The notes under the pieces are model-generated. The model made no database searches, was not told the DNA's origin, and saw only the letters and a program-made list of their open reading frames with translations. DNA of 64,000 nucleotides from Pseudomonadota bacterium (GTDB taxonomy: Bacteria > Pseudomonadota > Gammaproteobacteria > UBA9214), in contig JBDLJX010000001.1 of assembly GCA_039714155.1 (NCBI GenBank), positions 65,257-129,256 of the forward strand, given 5' to 3'. Positions 52,003 to 63,719 of this stretch are shown piece by piece. The position numbers and the translations under genes are program-made. The number at the start of each line of letters is the position of its first letter. Position 1 is the stretch's first letter.

Positions 52003-52773
52003 CTAACGGATTATTCCGCGGCGGTGCTGCTCCAGAAAGCTGACCAGCACCTGCAAGTGTATGTCCGAAGCAGACTGTTCACGCAGCTGGTCAAGAATTT
52101 TCTCCGGCGAATTCTCCGAGCGATACAATACCCGGTAGGCCTGCTGCAGGTGATTCAGTTCATCTTCCGAGAACCCGTGTCGTTTCAGCCCCTCCTTGTT
52201 CAGACCACGGGCACGTGCCGGGTTACCGGAAACCGTCATGTAAGGTGGAATGTCCTTGCCGATAACACTGCCGAATGCAGAAAACACATAGGCGCCAATG
52301 ACGCAGAACTGGTGCACCAGTGTATAACCGCCAAGTGTCACATGGTCTTCAACGCTGACATGCCCGGCCAGCGATGCGCCATTGGCAAAGGTTGTATCAT
52401 TGCCGACCTGGCAATCATGTGCGATATGCGCCGAGGCCATGATCCAGTTGTGGTTGCCCAGCCGGGTCACACCAGCGCCGGCACCGGTACCACGGTTGAT
52501 GCTGACATATTCACGGATGACATTGCCGTCACCGATTTCGAGGGCGCTGTCTTCGCCCCGGTATTTCTTGTCCTGTGAAACATCGCCGATCGAGGCAAAC
52601 TGGTGAATCCGGTTTTCGGCGCCAATCCGGGTTGGCCCGTTAATAACGACATGTGGACCGACCCGGCTACCCGGCCCGATTACGACGTTTGGCCCGATGA
52701 CGCTAAACGGCCCGACATGAACATCATCGGCAATTTCGGCAGCGCTATCGACAACTGCCCGTTGGTCGATCAA
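52003..52773 (-). CDS. lpxA: Acyl-ACP--UDP-N-acetylglucosamine O-acyltransferase
   Basis: 256 aa with left-handed beta-helix hexapeptide repeats and an LpxA C-terminal helical domain. Confidence 0.9.
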   Translation of the reverse strand: MIDQRAVVDSAAEIADDVHVGPFSVIGPNVVIGPGSRVGPHVVINGPTRIGAENRIHQFASIGDVSQDKKYRGEDSALEIGDGNVIREYVSINRGTGAGAGVTRLGNHNWIMASAHIAHDCQVGNDTTFANGASLAGHVSVEDHVTLGGYTLVHQFCVIGAYVFSAFGSVIGKDIPPYMTVSGNPARARGLNKEGLKRHGFSEDELNHLQQAYRVLYRSENSPEKILDQLREQSASDIHLQVLVSFLEQHRRGIIR

Positions 52774-53210
52774 GTGTCGATATCCCGTTCAGTGCACATG
52801 ATCTCGGCACAGGCGACGACCTTGCCATCAACACTGGCATTGCAATCAAACAACCAGAGACCCCGCCGGGTGCGTAACAGCTTTACCTTGAGCACCAGCT
52901 GATCACCCGGCTCAACCGGTTGCTTGAAACGGACCTTGTTCATGCCAACCAGGAAGTAAAGTGTCTCCCGTTCAGCCGTCTGCTCCAGCGTACGGAAGGC
53001 CAGCAGACCGGTTGCCTGTGCCATGGCCTCCAGGATCAGGACACCCGGCATGACAGGCCGCTGCGGGAAGTGCCCCTGGAAGAAGGGTTCATTGAACGTG
53101 ACGTTCTTGATGCCGGTCAGTGATTCACCCTTGTTGAATTCAGTCACCCGATCTATCAGCAGGAACGGATAACGATGGGGTAAATGATGCAGTATCTGGT
53201 TTATATCCAT
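52770..53210 (-). CDS. fabZ: 3-hydroxyacyl-ACP dehydratase FabZ
   Basis: 146 aa with a hot-dog fold and ..FFQGHFP..PVMPGVL.. motifs. It overlaps lpxA by 4 nt. Confidence 0.9.
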   Translation of the reverse strand: MDINQILHHLPHRYPFLLIDRVTEFNKGESLTGIKNVTFNEPFFQGHFPQRPVMPGVLILEAMAQATGLLAFRTLEQTAERETLYFLVGMNKVRFKQPVEPGDQLVLKVKLLRTRRGLWLFDCNASVDGKVVACAEIMCTERDIDT

Positions 53211-53257
53211 AGGTTCAGCTTGCGCTCACATGGTTTCTGTTTATCGTGGGCAGACAG

Positions 53258-54277
53258 TCATCCGTCAGCGGATTTCCGTTCCAGCGCCTGCAGCCGCCTG
53301 GCCAGTTCATCCAGCTGCCGCAGGCGTGCCGTATTCCTGCACCAGGCAGTACTCTCCTGGGCTGACAGACCTGAAGAGTATACACCCGGCTGGTCGATGG
53401 ATTGGGTCACCATGGTCATACCGGTGACCGTGACATGATCGGTAATCTCGAGATGTCCGACGATGCCGACGCCGCCGCCGATCATGCAGTGTTTGCCAAT
53501 GCGCGCGCTGCCGGATATGCCGACGCAGCCCGCGATCACGGTATGTGCGCCGATATGGACGTTGTGGGCAACCTGGATCTGGTTATCCAGCCTGACACCG
53601 TCCTCGATGACCGTATCATCCAGCGCGCCGCGGTCAATCGTGGTATTCGCCCCGATTTCGACATCATTGCCGATGCTGACACCGCCCAACTGCGGCACTT
53701 TCAGCCACCGCCCGTCTTCCCGTGCATGCCCGAAACCATCACTGCCAATCACCGCACCCGGATGGATCATGACCCGCGCGCCGATACGAATGGCGTGTCT
53801 GATAACAACATTGGGATACAACACAGTACCGGCGCCAAGTACACTGCCCTCGCCGACAACACAACCGGCAGCCAGCTGCACACCGGCGCCAATATCCACC
53901 CCGTCCGCCAGCACACAGTTGGGCCCGATCCAGGCAGATGCATCAATGCGGCAATCTTCACCGATGACTGTCGCTGGATGAACACCCTGTTCTGGTGGTA
54001 CCGGCGGACTGATCAGTGTGGCCGCCCTGGCAAAGGCAGCATAGGGATTGGCAACGACCAGCACTGCACCCGGTGCTTGCCCGGCATAATCGGCCTGCAG
54101 GATAATTGCGCTGGCACGGGTCGTGGCAAGGTATTTGCGGTACCTGGCGTTGGCAAGGAAACTGAGCGCTCCCTCACCGGCCTGCTCAAGCGACCCTACA
54201 GATGTGATCAGGCAGTCAGGATCACCACGCAGTTCGGCACCGATCCTGTTTGCCAGTAGCCCGAGTGCAAGCCCCAT
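53258..54277 (-). CDS. lpxD: UDP-3-O-acylglucosamine N-acyltransferase
   Basis: 339 aa with an N-terminal LpxD domain, hexapeptide repeats and a C-terminal coiled coil. Confidence 0.9.
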   Translation of the reverse strand: MGLALGLLANRIGAELRGDPDCLITSVGSLEQAGEGALSFLANARYRKYLATTRASAIILQADYAGQAPGAVLVVANPYAAFARAATLISPPVPPEQGVHPATVIGEDCRIDASAWIGPNCVLADGVDIGAGVQLAAGCVVGEGSVLGAGTVLYPNVVIRHAIRIGARVMIHPGAVIGSDGFGHAREDGRWLKVPQLGGVSIGNDVEIGANTTIDRGALDDTVIEDGVRLDNQIQVAHNVHIGAHTVIAGCVGISGSARIGKHCMIGGGVGIVGHLEITDHVTVTGMTMVTQSIDQPGVYSSGLSAQESTAWCRNTARLRQLDELARRLQALERKSADG

Positions 54278-54315
54278 GCCATGAATTATTTCAAAGGAAT
54301 AATATGCTTGTTAGA

Positions 54316-54849
54316 TTATTTGTGATTCCTGACGAGCATCTTCAGGATATCGTCGGTAATGTCGGCACGCTCGCTGGCATACACCACGCCCTGGCTCAGG
54401 ATCAGGTCGTATTTCTGTTCCTTCGAAAATGTGTCTATGGCTTTAGACAAGTCACGCTGAACATTTGCCAGTACCTCGTTACGGCGGATATTCAGGTCAT
54501 CCCCGAATTCCTCCTGCGAGCGCTTCAGGTCCCGGCGCATGGACAGGATTTCCCGTTCCAGCTTGCTGTTCTCTGATTCGCTCATCACGGCACTGTCCCG
54601 CGCCAGGCGTTCCTCCTGTTTGCGAATCTTGCTCTGCAGTTCCACCAATTCCTTCTCGCGGGGTGAAAACTCGGCTTCAATCTTGCTTTGCGCCTCCTTT
54701 ACCTGTGGCGCACTCTCCATAAGTTTGGCGGCATCCACAAAACCAACCTTCATCTCGGCAACCACGGTACCGGAAAACAGTATGGCTGAGGCCAGCAGCA
54801 CGGTAGCCAGCTGCGATATTTTAGGTATGTTCAAGATAGTTCTCCACAT
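54316..54849 (-). CDS. skp: Periplasmic chaperone Skp (OmpH)
   Basis: 177 aa with a signal peptide and a Lys/Glu-rich coiled-coil body. It sits between bamA and lpxD. Confidence 0.8.
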   Translation of the reverse strand: MWRTILNIPKISQLATVLLASAILFSGTVVAEMKVGFVDAAKLMESAPQVKEAQSKIEAEFSPREKELVELQSKIRKQEERLARDSAVMSESENSKLEREILSMRRDLKRSQEEFGDDLNIRRNEVLANVQRDLSKAIDTFSKEQKYDLILSQGVVYASERADITDDILKMLVRNHK

Positions 54850-54857
54850 TGTCTGTT

Positions 54858-57146
54858 TTAGAATAATGATCCGAAGGTAAACTGGAAGTTCTGTACGTCG
54901 TCCTTGCCCTCGTCATTTAGCGGGTAAGCAAGACTGATTGCCAGCGGGCCCATCGGCGACAGCCAGAGACCCCCGATACCGACAGAATAGCGCAAATCAC
55001 TGGTTTTAAAGGTATCGTAATTCTCGTAGACATTACCAATATCAAAGAATGCGCTCATGCGATACGAAGTGCTTGCCTCCAGAAACGGGATCGGGAAGAC
55101 CAGCTCGGTACTGCCGACGAGCTTCATACTGCCGCCGATCGGGTTACCCCTCGAGTCGCGCGGGCCCAGGGTGTTGTCTTCGAAACCGCGCACCGAACGC
55201 ACGCCACCGGCAAAGTAATTCTCGAAAAACGGTAATTCATCATAGTCCCCGTAGCCATCACCATACCCCACATCCGCTTTCATCGACAGAGTCAGGTTCT
55301 TGGTCAGCGGCACATAGCGCTGCTGCCGGTAACCCAGCTTGTAATATTCCAACCCCGACCGTGGCACGGCCGCTTCCACAGTAAAGCGCTGCAGACCACC
55401 CTGGTCAGCAAAGATCGCCCTGTTGGTGGTATCGTGGCTCCAGCTGCCGGTCAAACGTACGGAATTGTACTGGTCACCGTGGTCATCGATAAACTCCTTC
55501 ACCTCCTTCGGAGAATTCGAGGTCTTTTTCAGCTTCAGATTTTCGTACTCGGTATTGAGCCGAACGGTATCGTATTCGTTGATCGGGATACCGAAGCTGA
55601 TATTTGCGCCAAAGGCGTCTGTCGTGTAATCGGACAGGTTGGCCTCCTCGGCATCTGTCTGACGGAAAAACGCGCCAAAACCGCGACTGACACCATCGAT
55701 GGTGTAATACGGGTTCGTGTAATTGAAGCTGTAGACGGTATTTACATTACTGTTGTTGAATGAAAAGCTGATGCGTTTGCCACTACCCAGGAAATTATCC
55801 TGACTGACGCTGGCATTGAAAAGCAGGCCGGATGTCTGCGAAAAACCGAGGCCGGCAGTGATGTTGCCGGAGGATGTCTCGGTCACCGAGTAATTAATAT
55901 CCACCTGGTCGGTGGTACCGGGAACAGTGGGTGTCTCGACGTTAACATCCTCGAAGAACCCGAGACGCTGCAAACGGGTCCGTGACCGTTCCACCTTGCT
56001 GGCCGAGAACCAGCCGGCTTCCATTTGCCGCATTTCCCGACGCAACACTTCGTCACGCGTCGAGACATTACCGGAGACATTGACGCGGCGTACATACACC
56101 CGGTCGCCCGGATCAATGAAGAACGCCAGCGACACCTCGTTGGTTTCATCATCCAGCTCCGGCACGGTATTCACATTGGCAAAGGCATAACCCTGATCAC
56201 CCAGTTTCTCGCTGATCCGGTCAACAGCCTCGGTCACCCGCTTGCGCGAAAATACGTCATCAGGATTGATCCGTACCAGCGGGAACAGCTCCTCAGGCTC
56301 CACTACCAGATCGCCGGACAGGGTCACTTCACGGATCCGGTACTGCTCACCCTCGGCAATATTGATGGTGATGTAGATGTCCTTCTTGTCCGCTGTTATG
56401 GATACCTGGGTAGAGGTGATATTGAAATTCAGGTAACCGCGATCCAGGTAGAATGAGCGCAGAATCTCGAGATCAGCCGCGAGTTTCTGCTTGGAGTACT
56501 GGTCGCTCTTGGTCACGAACGAGAAGATGTTCGGCGGTTCAAGCGAAAAATCATCGGTCAGTTCCTTGTCAGGAAACTGATGATTGCCAACGATATTGAT
56601 CTGCTTGATACGCGCTACCTGGCCCTCGGAAATATCAATCAGGATACCGACCCGGTTTCTTTCCAGTGGCGTTACGGTGGTGTTGATCTTGACGGAGTAT
56701 TTGCCACGACTGAAATACTGGCGCTGCAGTTCCTGTTCCACCTTGTCCAGCAAGGAACGGTCAAACACCCGACCTTCCGCGAGCCCGATTTGCTTGAGAC
56801 CGTCCAGTAGCGCCTCGGTCTCCAGGTCCTGGTTACCGGTAATCTCGATGCTGCTGACGGCCGCACGCTCCGTAACATTAACGACCAGTACATTGCCATC
56901 GCGTTCCAGATTGATATCGCTAAAGAAGCCGGTCTTGAACAGCGCCCGCATGGCCTCTTCCGATGACTCAGTGGTCAGATAATCACCGACCTTTACCGGC
57001 AGGTAATTGAAGACCGTACCCGCCGATATGCGTTGCAGGCCATCGACCCGGATATCAGCCACTTCGAAGGTCTCGAACGCCTGCACCGGCGCAAACACAA
57101 GACCGAGTATCAATATAAGAAGGATGCTTCGCATCAATGTATGCAC
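54858..57146 (-). CDS. bamA: Outer membrane protein assembly factor BamA
   Basis: 762 aa with a signal peptide, five POTRA repeats and a C-terminal 16-strand beta-barrel ending ..FQFTFGSLF. Confidence 0.9.
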   Translation of the reverse strand: MHTLMRSILLILILGLVFAPVQAFETFEVADIRVDGLQRISAGTVFNYLPVKVGDYLTTESSEEAMRALFKTGFFSDINLERDGNVLVVNVTERAAVSSIEITGNQDLETEALLDGLKQIGLAEGRVFDRSLLDKVEQELQRQYFSRGKYSVKINTTVTPLERNRVGILIDISEGQVARIKQINIVGNHQFPDKELTDDFSLEPPNIFSFVTKSDQYSKQKLAADLEILRSFYLDRGYLNFNITSTQVSITADKKDIYITINIAEGEQYRIREVTLSGDLVVEPEELFPLVRINPDDVFSRKRVTEAVDRISEKLGDQGYAFANVNTVPELDDETNEVSLAFFIDPGDRVYVRRVNVSGNVSTRDEVLRREMRQMEAGWFSASKVERSRTRLQRLGFFEDVNVETPTVPGTTDQVDINYSVTETSSGNITAGLGFSQTSGLLFNASVSQDNFLGSGKRISFSFNNSNVNTVYSFNYTNPYYTIDGVSRGFGAFFRQTDAEEANLSDYTTDAFGANISFGIPINEYDTVRLNTEYENLKLKKTSNSPKEVKEFIDDHGDQYNSVRLTGSWSHDTTNRAIFADQGGLQRFTVEAAVPRSGLEYYKLGYRQQRYVPLTKNLTLSMKADVGYGDGYGDYDELPFFENYFAGGVRSVRGFEDNTLGPRDSRGNPIGGSMKLVGSTELVFPIPFLEASTSYRMSAFFDIGNVYENYDTFKTSDLRYSVGIGGLWLSPMGPLAISLAYPLNDEGKDDVQNFQFTFGSLF

Positions 57147-57165
57147 TTGTCGAACATGTTACCGT

Positions 57166-58536
57166 TTAGCCGAACAACCGGGTCAGATCGTTATAAAATG
57201 CCAGTGTCATCAACATCAGCAGCATGACGATCCCGATACGCTGACCAACTAGCTGTGCAGCTTCGGAAACAGGACTCCCCTTGACCAGTTCAAGAAGGTA
57301 ATACAACAGGTGCCCGCCATCCAGAATCGGGATTGGCAACAGGTTCAGCACACCCAGGCTGACACTGACAATTGCCATAAAACCGAGGAATGCAGCCAGG
57401 CCAGTAACCGCTGTCTGGCCGGCATACCTGGCAATACTGATTGGCCCACTCAGGTTTTCAATCGATGCCTTGCCGGTCACCATTTTCCATAATATTTGCA
57501 ACGTCAGGGCCGACATTTCCCAGGTCTTTCCCAGCGCAACCGGTATGGCTTCAAGCGGGCCGTAGCGAACAACGACGCGCATTGTATCATGCTGCCCGGT
57601 CGCGGAAAGTCGCACGTAAGCACCGATACGACCGAAAGATTCTCCGCCTTCCGCAACCGCATCGGGGGTCAGCTCCAGCCGCACCGGCGTGCCATCGCGG
57701 TCCACCTCTACCTCGATGGTTTCTCCTGGACGGGCCCGCACATACTCGACCAACTGGCCCCAGTCTGCGATAGCTGTGCCGTCGGCACTGATTACCTGGT
57801 CACCACTGCGCATGCCGGCCCGTTCGCCGGGACCACCGTCAACCAGTCGCTCGATAATTGCCGGATAGGCCGGCCGCCACGGTTTCAGGCCAAAATTCTC
57901 CAGCAGGCCACCCTTGCCCAGCAACCGGCCGGATTCGTCCAGCACCACCTGCAGGTTTCTGCCGGCGCCGGCCTCGTCCTGTACCTGCACCTGGAACGAC
58001 ATGTTTTCGGTCAAACCGGCATCCAGCAGGGCCAGCACCGCGGTTTCCCAGCTGGGTGTATCCCTGCCATCGACAGCAAGAATTTCGTCACCGGAGCGGA
58101 AACCCGCCTGCTCGGCATAACTTGCCGGGATGACCTCGCCAACCACCGGGCGCAAACCCGGCACGCCGCTGACAAACATGACCCAGTAGGCAAGAATGGC
58201 AAAGACAAAATTGAACAGCGGCCCCGCTACCACCACCGATATCCGTGTCGACAGGGGCTGGCGGTTAAATGCCCGGTCACGTTCCGCCTCGGCAACCTCC
58301 CCGTCGCGCTCATCCAGCATCTTCACATAACCACCCAGCGGAATGGCGGCCAGCACCAGCTCGGTATTATCGGCGCCAAAACGCCAGCTCCACAGCGGCT
58401 GACCAAAACCGATCGAGAACCGCAACACCTTGACACCGAGTTTCCTTGCCACCCAGAAATGACCAAACTCGTGCACGGTCACGAGTACGCCGATGGCAAC
58501 AAGAAATGCAACAGTAGATATCAGGAAACTGCTCAT
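57166..58536 (-). CDS. rseP: Sigma-E protease regulator RseP (site-2 zinc metalloprotease)
   Basis: 456 aa with a HEFGH zinc motif in TM1, two PDZ domains and an LDG motif. Confidence 0.9.
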   Translation of the reverse strand: MSSFLISTVAFLVAIGVLVTVHEFGHFWVARKLGVKVLRFSIGFGQPLWSWRFGADNTELVLAAIPLGGYVKMLDERDGEVAEAERDRAFNRQPLSTRISVVVAGPLFNFVFAILAYWVMFVSGVPGLRPVVGEVIPASYAEQAGFRSGDEILAVDGRDTPSWETAVLALLDAGLTENMSFQVQVQDEAGAGRNLQVVLDESGRLLGKGGLLENFGLKPWRPAYPAIIERLVDGGPGERAGMRSGDQVISADGTAIADWGQLVEYVRARPGETIEVEVDRDGTPVRLELTPDAVAEGGESFGRIGAYVRLSATGQHDTMRVVVRYGPLEAIPVALGKTWEMSALTLQILWKMVTGKASIENLSGPISIARYAGQTAVTGLAAFLGFMAIVSVSLGVLNLLPIPILDGGHLLYYLLELVKGSPVSEAAQLVGQRIGIVMLLMLMTLAFYNDLTRLFG

Positions 58537-59738
58537 GGCGCTGCCCGATTGATGTACTCATGCGCCCATTCGCGTGCCAGTGCATCATCCTCGAGGATGA
58601 CTTCGAGGCTGCTTGCGGCACGTACCGAACACTGTTCCAGCGCAACGCCTGTTAACTGCGGGATGGCTGTGAAAGCAATCTGCCGGTCAAGAAATGCCTG
58701 CACCGCAACTTCGTTGGCGGCATTGAGGATCGCCGGTGCGGTGCCGCCGGCACGCCAGGCCTCGCTGGCCAGCGCCAGGCAGGGGAAGCGATCCAGGTCG
58801 GGGGCTTCGAACTGCAATGCGCCGACTGTCATCAGATCGAGTGGTTCGGCGCCGGAACTGATCCGTTCCGGCCAGGCCAGCGCATGACTGATGGGAATGC
58901 GCATGTCAGGATTACCCAGTTGTGCCAGCACAGAACCGTCATCATATTCCACCATTGAGTGCAGAATACTCTGCGGGTGGATAACAACACCGACCTTCTC
59001 CACCGGCAGGTCAAACAGCCAGCCGGCCTCAATAAGCTCCAGGCCCTTGTTCATCATGGTAGCGGAATCCACCGATATCTTGCGCCCCATCTCCCAGTTG
59101 GGATGGGCACAGGCCTGCTCCGGTGTCACCGCTGACAGCTTGCCCGGCGGCAGGGTCCGGAACGGCCCACCCGATGCGGTCAACATGACCCTGCGCACAC
59201 CGCGCGGCACCTGCCCGGTTGTGTAGTTGTCCGGCATGCATTGCAGGATTGCATTGTGTTCACTGTCGATCGGCAGCAGCACGGCATCATGGTCACGCAC
59301 CGCCTGCATGAACAGGGCACCCGACATAACCAGCGCTTCCTTGTTTGCCAGTAACACGCGCTTGCCGTGCCGAACAGCTTCCAGTGATGGCAACAAACCG
59401 GCTGCACCGACAATCGCCGCCATCACATAATCCACTTCCGGTAGCGCTGCAACTTCGGCCAGTGCGGCCACCCCGCCCAGTACCTCGACATCCGGCGCCG
59501 TATTCTGCAATTGCGTACGCAGACGTTGTGCTGCATCACTGTCCGCCATGACGGCATAACGGGGCTGAAACCCGGCACACTGGCGTGCCAGCGTATCGAC
59601 GTCCGAATTTGCAGTCAGCGCGACGACACGATAGAGATCAGGATGACGGGATATGACTTCCAGGGTACTGGCACCAATGGAACCGGTGGCGCCAAGAATA
59701 GTGATACCTGCAACTTGTCGGTTGTTACCGGACATCAC
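58533..59738 (-). CDS. dxr: 1-deoxy-D-xylulose 5-phosphate reductoisomerase
   Basis: 401 aa with ..[15 protein letters not shown].. NADPH-binding motif and a Dxr C-terminal domain. Its position, between cdsA and rseP, follows Pseudomonas and differs from E. coli. Confidence 0.9.
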   Translation of the reverse strand: MMSGNNRQVAGITILGATGSIGASTLEVISRHPDLYRVVALTANSDVDTLARQCAGFQPRYAVMADSDAAQRLRTQLQNTAPDVEVLGGVAALAEVAALPEVDYVMAAIVGAAGLLPSLEAVRHGKRVLLANKEALVMSGALFMQAVRDHDAVLLPIDSEHNAILQCMPDNYTTGQVPRGVRRVMLTASGGPFRTLPPGKLSAVTPEQACAHPNWEMGRKISVDSATMMNKGLELIEAGWLFDLPVEKVGVVIHPQSILHSMVEYDDGSVLAQLGNPDMRIPISHALAWPERISSGAEPLDLMTVGALQFEAPDLDRFPCLALASEAWRAGGTAPAILNAANEVAVQAFLDRQIAFTAIPQLTGVALEQCSVRAASSLEVILEDDALAREWAHEYINRAAP

Positions 59739-59740
59739 CG

Positions 59741-60559
59741 TTACAGTTTCAACCAGTGTATGCCGAGGTAGAACACCGGTGCCGCCGCAGTCAGGCTGTC
59801 TATACGGTCGAGCACGCCGCCGTGTCCCGGTATCAGCTTACTACTGTCCTTGATACCTGCCTGGCGTTTCATCAGGCTCTCAAGCAGGTCACCCAGAATC
59901 GAAAACATCACCGTCAGTAATGATACCAGCGTGAATCCGGCCGCCCATTTAAGCGTTGCACCGTAAGTAAAGCCGACAACCAGCGCGAAGACACCGCAGG
60001 TTGCCATGGCGCCGTAGACGCCTTCCCAGGTCTTGCCCGGACTGATCCCCGGTGCGAGTTTGTTGCGGCCCCATTTGCGTCCGGCGAAATAGGCGCCACT
60101 GTCAGCCAGCCATACCAGTACCAGCAGATACAGAATGGTGAGTGCACCATCGGTTTCACGCCCGTGCAACAATACCAGTGCGGTCCAGGCCGGCAGCATC
60201 ACCAGCACCCCTGCCATTGCCTTGATGATGCGCCTGCCGGGTCCATGCTCAAGACTGACTCCGGCCCGCGGCAGATACAGCAACACTGCCACCCAGAAAG
60301 CCAGGCCGGCCCATAGCAGTGGCAGTGCCGTCATACCCGGAGCGGCAGTCCAGAGTTGCCACAGCAGGATTGCAACAAGCAGCGGGTAAGCGATCTGGCC
60401 AGCCAGGGTTGCGAGCGGAATCATCCGTGACCATTCCCACAGTCCGGCAACGATAACCAGCGACAGCGCCAGTGCAAATGCCGGGGTCGGCAGGTAAAAA
60501 AGACCACCGACAACAATCACAATCATGATTGCTGCCGATATCAAGCGTGTCCTAAGCAC
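59741..60559 (-). CDS. cdsA: Phosphatidate cytidylyltransferase
   Basis: A GTG start was chosen at [19 protein letters not shown]..., which aligns with the E. coli CdsA N-terminus MLKYRLISAF... The CTP-transferase signature is in the C-terminal third. The ORF-track N-terminal 97 aa, which overlap uppS, were rejected. Confidence 0.8.
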   Translation of the reverse strand: MLRTRLISAAIMIVIVVGGLFYLPTPAFALALSLVIVAGLWEWSRMIPLATLAGQIAYPLLVAILLWQLWTAAPGMTALPLLWAGLAFWVAVLLYLPRAGVSLEHGPGRRIIKAMAGVLVMLPAWTALVLLHGRETDGALTILYLLVLVWLADSGAYFAGRKWGRNKLAPGISPGKTWEGVYGAMATCGVFALVVGFTYGATLKWAAGFTLVSLLTVMFSILGDLLESLMKRQAGIKDSSKLIPGHGGVLDRIDSLTAAAPVFYLGIHWLKL

Positions 60560-61298
60560 CCTTGAGCTGCTCCACCTGCTCACCGGTACGGCCAAATCTG
60601 CGCTGGCGATTGGCGTAGGAACGTATGGCCTCATCCAGTGCCTGTTCATCGAAGGCCGGCCACAGCGTATCGGTGAAGTGGAGTTCCGTGTAGGCAAGCT
60701 GCCATAACAGGAAATTACTGATACGTTTTTCACCGCCGGTGCGGATAAAGAGGTCCGGTTCCGGCAGGTCAGACAGCGAGATCTCACGGCTGATGGTCTC
60801 GTTGGTAATATCCTCAGGCGCCTGCTCGCCCGCCTGCACACGCCGGGCAATCACCCGGCAGGCCTCGCTGATGTCCCAGCGCCCGCCATAGTTGGCCGCA
60901 ATCACCAGGTCCATGCGCCTGTTCATCCTGGTCTTGTTTTCAGCCTGAATAATCAGCTCGCGCAAATCAGCCGGGAACGCACCGCGATCACCAATAAACC
61001 GGATCCGTATACCATTACGGTGCAGCGTATCCACCTCCTTGCGCAAGGTCCGGATAAACAGATCCATTAATAGGCCGACCTCGCTGCTCGGTCGGTGCCA
61101 GTTCTCGCTGCTGAAGGCGAACAGCGTCAGCGCACATACACCCTTGTCACGGCAGGCCTCCACGACACGCCGCACCGCCTTGACGCCCTCGCGGTGTCCG
61201 ACATAACGCGGCAGCATCCGCGCACGCGCCCAGCGGCCATTGCCATCCATGATGATGGCGATGTGCCTGGGTATGCCGTTATCTACTGTTGAGGTCAT
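60552..61298 (-). CDS. uppS: Undecaprenyl-diphosphate synthase (isoprenyl transferase)
   Basis: 248 aa with ..HIAIIMDGNGRWA.. and ..LTLFAFSSENW.. motifs. Confidence 0.9.
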   Translation of the reverse strand: MTSTVDNGIPRHIAIIMDGNGRWARARMLPRYVGHREGVKAVRRVVEACRDKGVCALTLFAFSSENWHRPSSEVGLLMDLFIRTLRKEVDTLHRNGIRIRFIGDRGAFPADLRELIIQAENKTRMNRRMDLVIAANYGGRWDISEACRVIARRVQAGEQAPEDITNETISREISLSDLPEPDLFIRTGGEKRISNFLLWQLAYTELHFTDTLWPAFDEQALDEAIRSYANRQRRFGRTGEQVEQLKGA

Positions 61299-61323
61299 GC
61301 AATCACACTTTAATCAGTTGTTG

Positions 61324-61881
61324 TCAGATTTCCATCAGTTCGGCTTCTTTATCGGCCAGCACCTTGTCAACACCGGCAATGAACTCATTGGTAATCTGCT
61401 GCACATCGTCCTGCCCCTTGTGCTCGTCGTCTTCAGAGATCTCTTTCTCCCTGAGCAGGTCTTTCAGGTCATTGTTGGCATCACGTCGAATATTGCGGAT
61501 CGCAACTTTTGCCGCCTCGCCGTCCTTGCGCACCACCTTGACGAGATCACGCCGGGTTTCCTCGGTCAGCGGCGGCATGGGTATGCGCATTACCGTACCG
61601 GCTACCACCGGGTTCAGACCGAGATCTGATTTGATAATGGCCTTGTCGATAACCTGCACCATCTGTTTTTCCCAGGGAGTTACCGTCAGGGTTCGTGCAT
61701 CCTCGACGGCAATATTGGCGACCTGCGAAATCGGCACCTCACTGCCGTAATAATCGACCGTCAGGTGGTCCAGCAAGCTGGGATGGGCACGACCGGTGCG
61801 CACCTTGCCCAGCGTCTGCTTCAGTGCATCAACACTTTTCCCCATTCGCTCACGGGCATCTTTCCTGATGTCTTCAATCAT
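61324..61881 (-). CDS. frr: Ribosome recycling factor
   Basis: 185 aa with the conserved RRF three-helix bundle and a ..[11 protein letters not shown].. block. Confidence 0.9.
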   Translation of the reverse strand: MIEDIRKDARERMGKSVDALKQTLGKVRTGRAHPSLLDHLTVDYYGSEVPISQVANIAVEDARTLTVTPWEKQMVQVIDKAIIKSDLGLNPVVAGTVMRIPMPPLTEETRRDLVKVVRKDGEAAKVAIRNIRRDANNDLKDLLREKEISEDDEHKGQDDVQQITNEFIAGVDKVLADKEAELMEI

Positions 61882-62597
61882 TACGCAGACTCCTGTTCCA
61901 CCAGTGTTCCCAGGCTTTCGCCCGCAACGATACGGCCAAGATGGCCATGTTCGAAAATATTGAATACCCGCACCGGCATCTTGTGCTCATTACAAAGCAC
62001 CAGTGCAGTCGCATCCATTACGCCGACCTTGCGCTGCAGTGCCTCATCGAATGTGAGATGGTCAAAACGCGTGGCATCCTTGTCGACGAGGGGATCAGCG
62101 GTATACACGCCATCTACCCTGGTGGCCTTTAACATGATATCGGCCTCGATCTCGATCGCACGCAGACTGGCGGCAGAATCCGTGGTAAAAAACGGGTTAC
62201 CCGTACCGGCCGCGAATACCACCAGGCGGCCTTTTTCGAGATGCCGGATCGCACGTCCACGAATATAGGGTTCGCATACCTGGTTAATCCGCAACGCCGA
62301 CATGACCCGGCAACTGCAACCGGCCTTTTCCAGTGCATCCTGCAAGGCCAGTGAATTGATCACCGTTGCCAGCATGCCCATGTGGTCGCCGGTCACCCGG
62401 TCCATGCCGCGTGACGCCATACCGGCGCCCCTGACAATATTACCGCCGCCAATCACCAGCCCTACCTGGACACCCGCGGAAGTGACCTCGTGAATCTCAC
62501 TGGCGATACGCTGGATAACCCCGGGATCGATACCGTGCTCGCCGCCACCCATCAGGGCTTCGCCACTGAGCTTCAACAGAATGCGATTATATTGCAT
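61881..62597 (-). CDS. pyrH: UMP kinase
   Basis: 238 aa starting ..[13 protein letters not shown].. with a ..GGGN.. motif, amino-acid-kinase fold. Confidence 0.9.
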   Translation of the reverse strand: MQYNRILLKLSGEALMGGGEHGIDPGVIQRIASEIHEVTSAGVQVGLVIGGGNIVRGAGMASRGMDRVTGDHMGMLATVINSLALQDALEKAGCSCRVMSALRINQVCEPYIRGRAIRHLEKGRLVVFAAGTGNPFFTTDSAASLRAIEIEADIMLKATRVDGVYTADPLVDKDATRFDHLTFDEALQRKVGVMDATALVLCNEHKMPVRVFNIFEHGHLGRIVAGESLGTLVEQESA

Positions 62598-62692
62598 AAA
62601 TACCTTATATATCAGTAAGTTATAATATACCCGGCGGGGACCCTAAAAACCTCGATATTGTCTTACTTTTTCCCGTTAAAAGCCATCATTCA

Positions 62693-62728
62693 TGCAAAAG
62701 AAAAGGGGCCGATAATCGACCCCTTGCC
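62693..62728 (-). terminator. Rho-independent terminator downstream of tsf
   Basis: The minus strand reads AGGGGTCGATTATCGGCCCCT followed by TTTCTTTTG. It lies about 50 nt past the tsf stop, before the pyrH promoter region. Confidence 0.6.
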
Positions 62729-62779
62729 GGTACGCTTGCGATTCACAGAGTAAGGCAGCTGATCTTCCGGGCTCTGTGA

Positions 62780-63670
62780 CTAACCACCCTTGATCTGTGC
62801 CATGACTTCATCGGCAAAATTCTCGGTCTTCTTCTCGATACCCTCGCCCAGTTCGATACGCTCGAAACCGGTGACGCTGGCGCCGGCACTGTCAAGCAAC
62901 TTGCCGACCGTCTGGTCCGGGTCCTTGACGAAAGGCTGACCCAGCAAGGTGATCTCGCCAAGATACTTGCGAATACGGCCCTCGATCATCTTTTCGATGA
63001 TGTTATCCGGCTTGCCGCTCGCGCGCGCCTGTGCGGTAAAGAAATCACGTTCCTTCGCCAGCATGTCCGCAGGCACCTGCTCCTCGGAAACACACACCGG
63101 CCGCGGGTCGTGCGCAGCAATATGCATGGCCAGGTCCTTGCCCAGTGCGGCATCACCACCATCCAGGTTGACCAATACACCAATACGCACGCCATGACGA
63201 TAGCTGGCAATCTCGCCACTGCTCTCGATACGTGTAAAGCGCCGCACACTGATGTTCTCGCCAATCGTGGCAATCAGGGCCTTGCGGGCATCTTCGATTG
63301 ACGTTGCATCCCCGTCTTTCAACGGCATTGACAGCAGGCTGTCCATATCGGCGGGGTTATCAGTCAGGACACGCCTGGCAATAGCGGTCGCAAAATCCTG
63401 GAAATCGTCCTTCTTGGCAACAAAGTCGGTTTCGCAATTGACTTCGACCATCGCTGCTGTCTTCCGGTCATCACTGACTTCGACTACAACCAGCCCTTCT
63501 GCGGCCACACGACTGGCCTTCTTGTCGGCCTTGGCCATGCCGGCCTTGCGCAGCGCTTCTGCCGCTGTATCCATATCACCATCGGCATCGAGCAGTGCAT
63601 TCTTGCACTCCATCATGCCGGAACCGGTACGTTCGCGCAGTTCCTTCACTTGCGCTGCTGAAATAGCCAT
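62780..63670 (-). CDS. tsf: Elongation factor Ts
   Basis: 296 aa with an N-terminal UBA-like ..[24 protein letters not shown].. and a dimerisation core. Confidence 0.9.
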   Translation of the reverse strand: MAISAAQVKELRERTGSGMMECKNALLDADGDMDTAAEALRKAGMAKADKKASRVAAEGLVVVEVSDDRKTAAMVEVNCETDFVAKKDDFQDFATAIARRVLTDNPADMDSLLSMPLKDGDATSIEDARKALIATIGENISVRRFTRIESSGEIASYRHGVRIGVLVNLDGGDAALGKDLAMHIAAHDPRPVCVSEEQVPADMLAKERDFFTAQARASGKPDNIIEKMIEGRIRKYLGEITLLGQPFVKDPDQTVGKLLDSAGASVTGFERIELGEGIEKKTENFADEVMAQIKGG

Positions 63671-63719
63671 ATCTCATAAACCTCGTCTGGGTTCTCAAAC
63701 TGTTATTCGTGCAGGGAGA

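Noticed and set aside
60560-60850. 97-aa N-terminal extension of the cdsA ORF
   Set aside because: It overlaps uppS. A GTG at about 60559 gives an N-terminus that aligns with E. coli CdsA.
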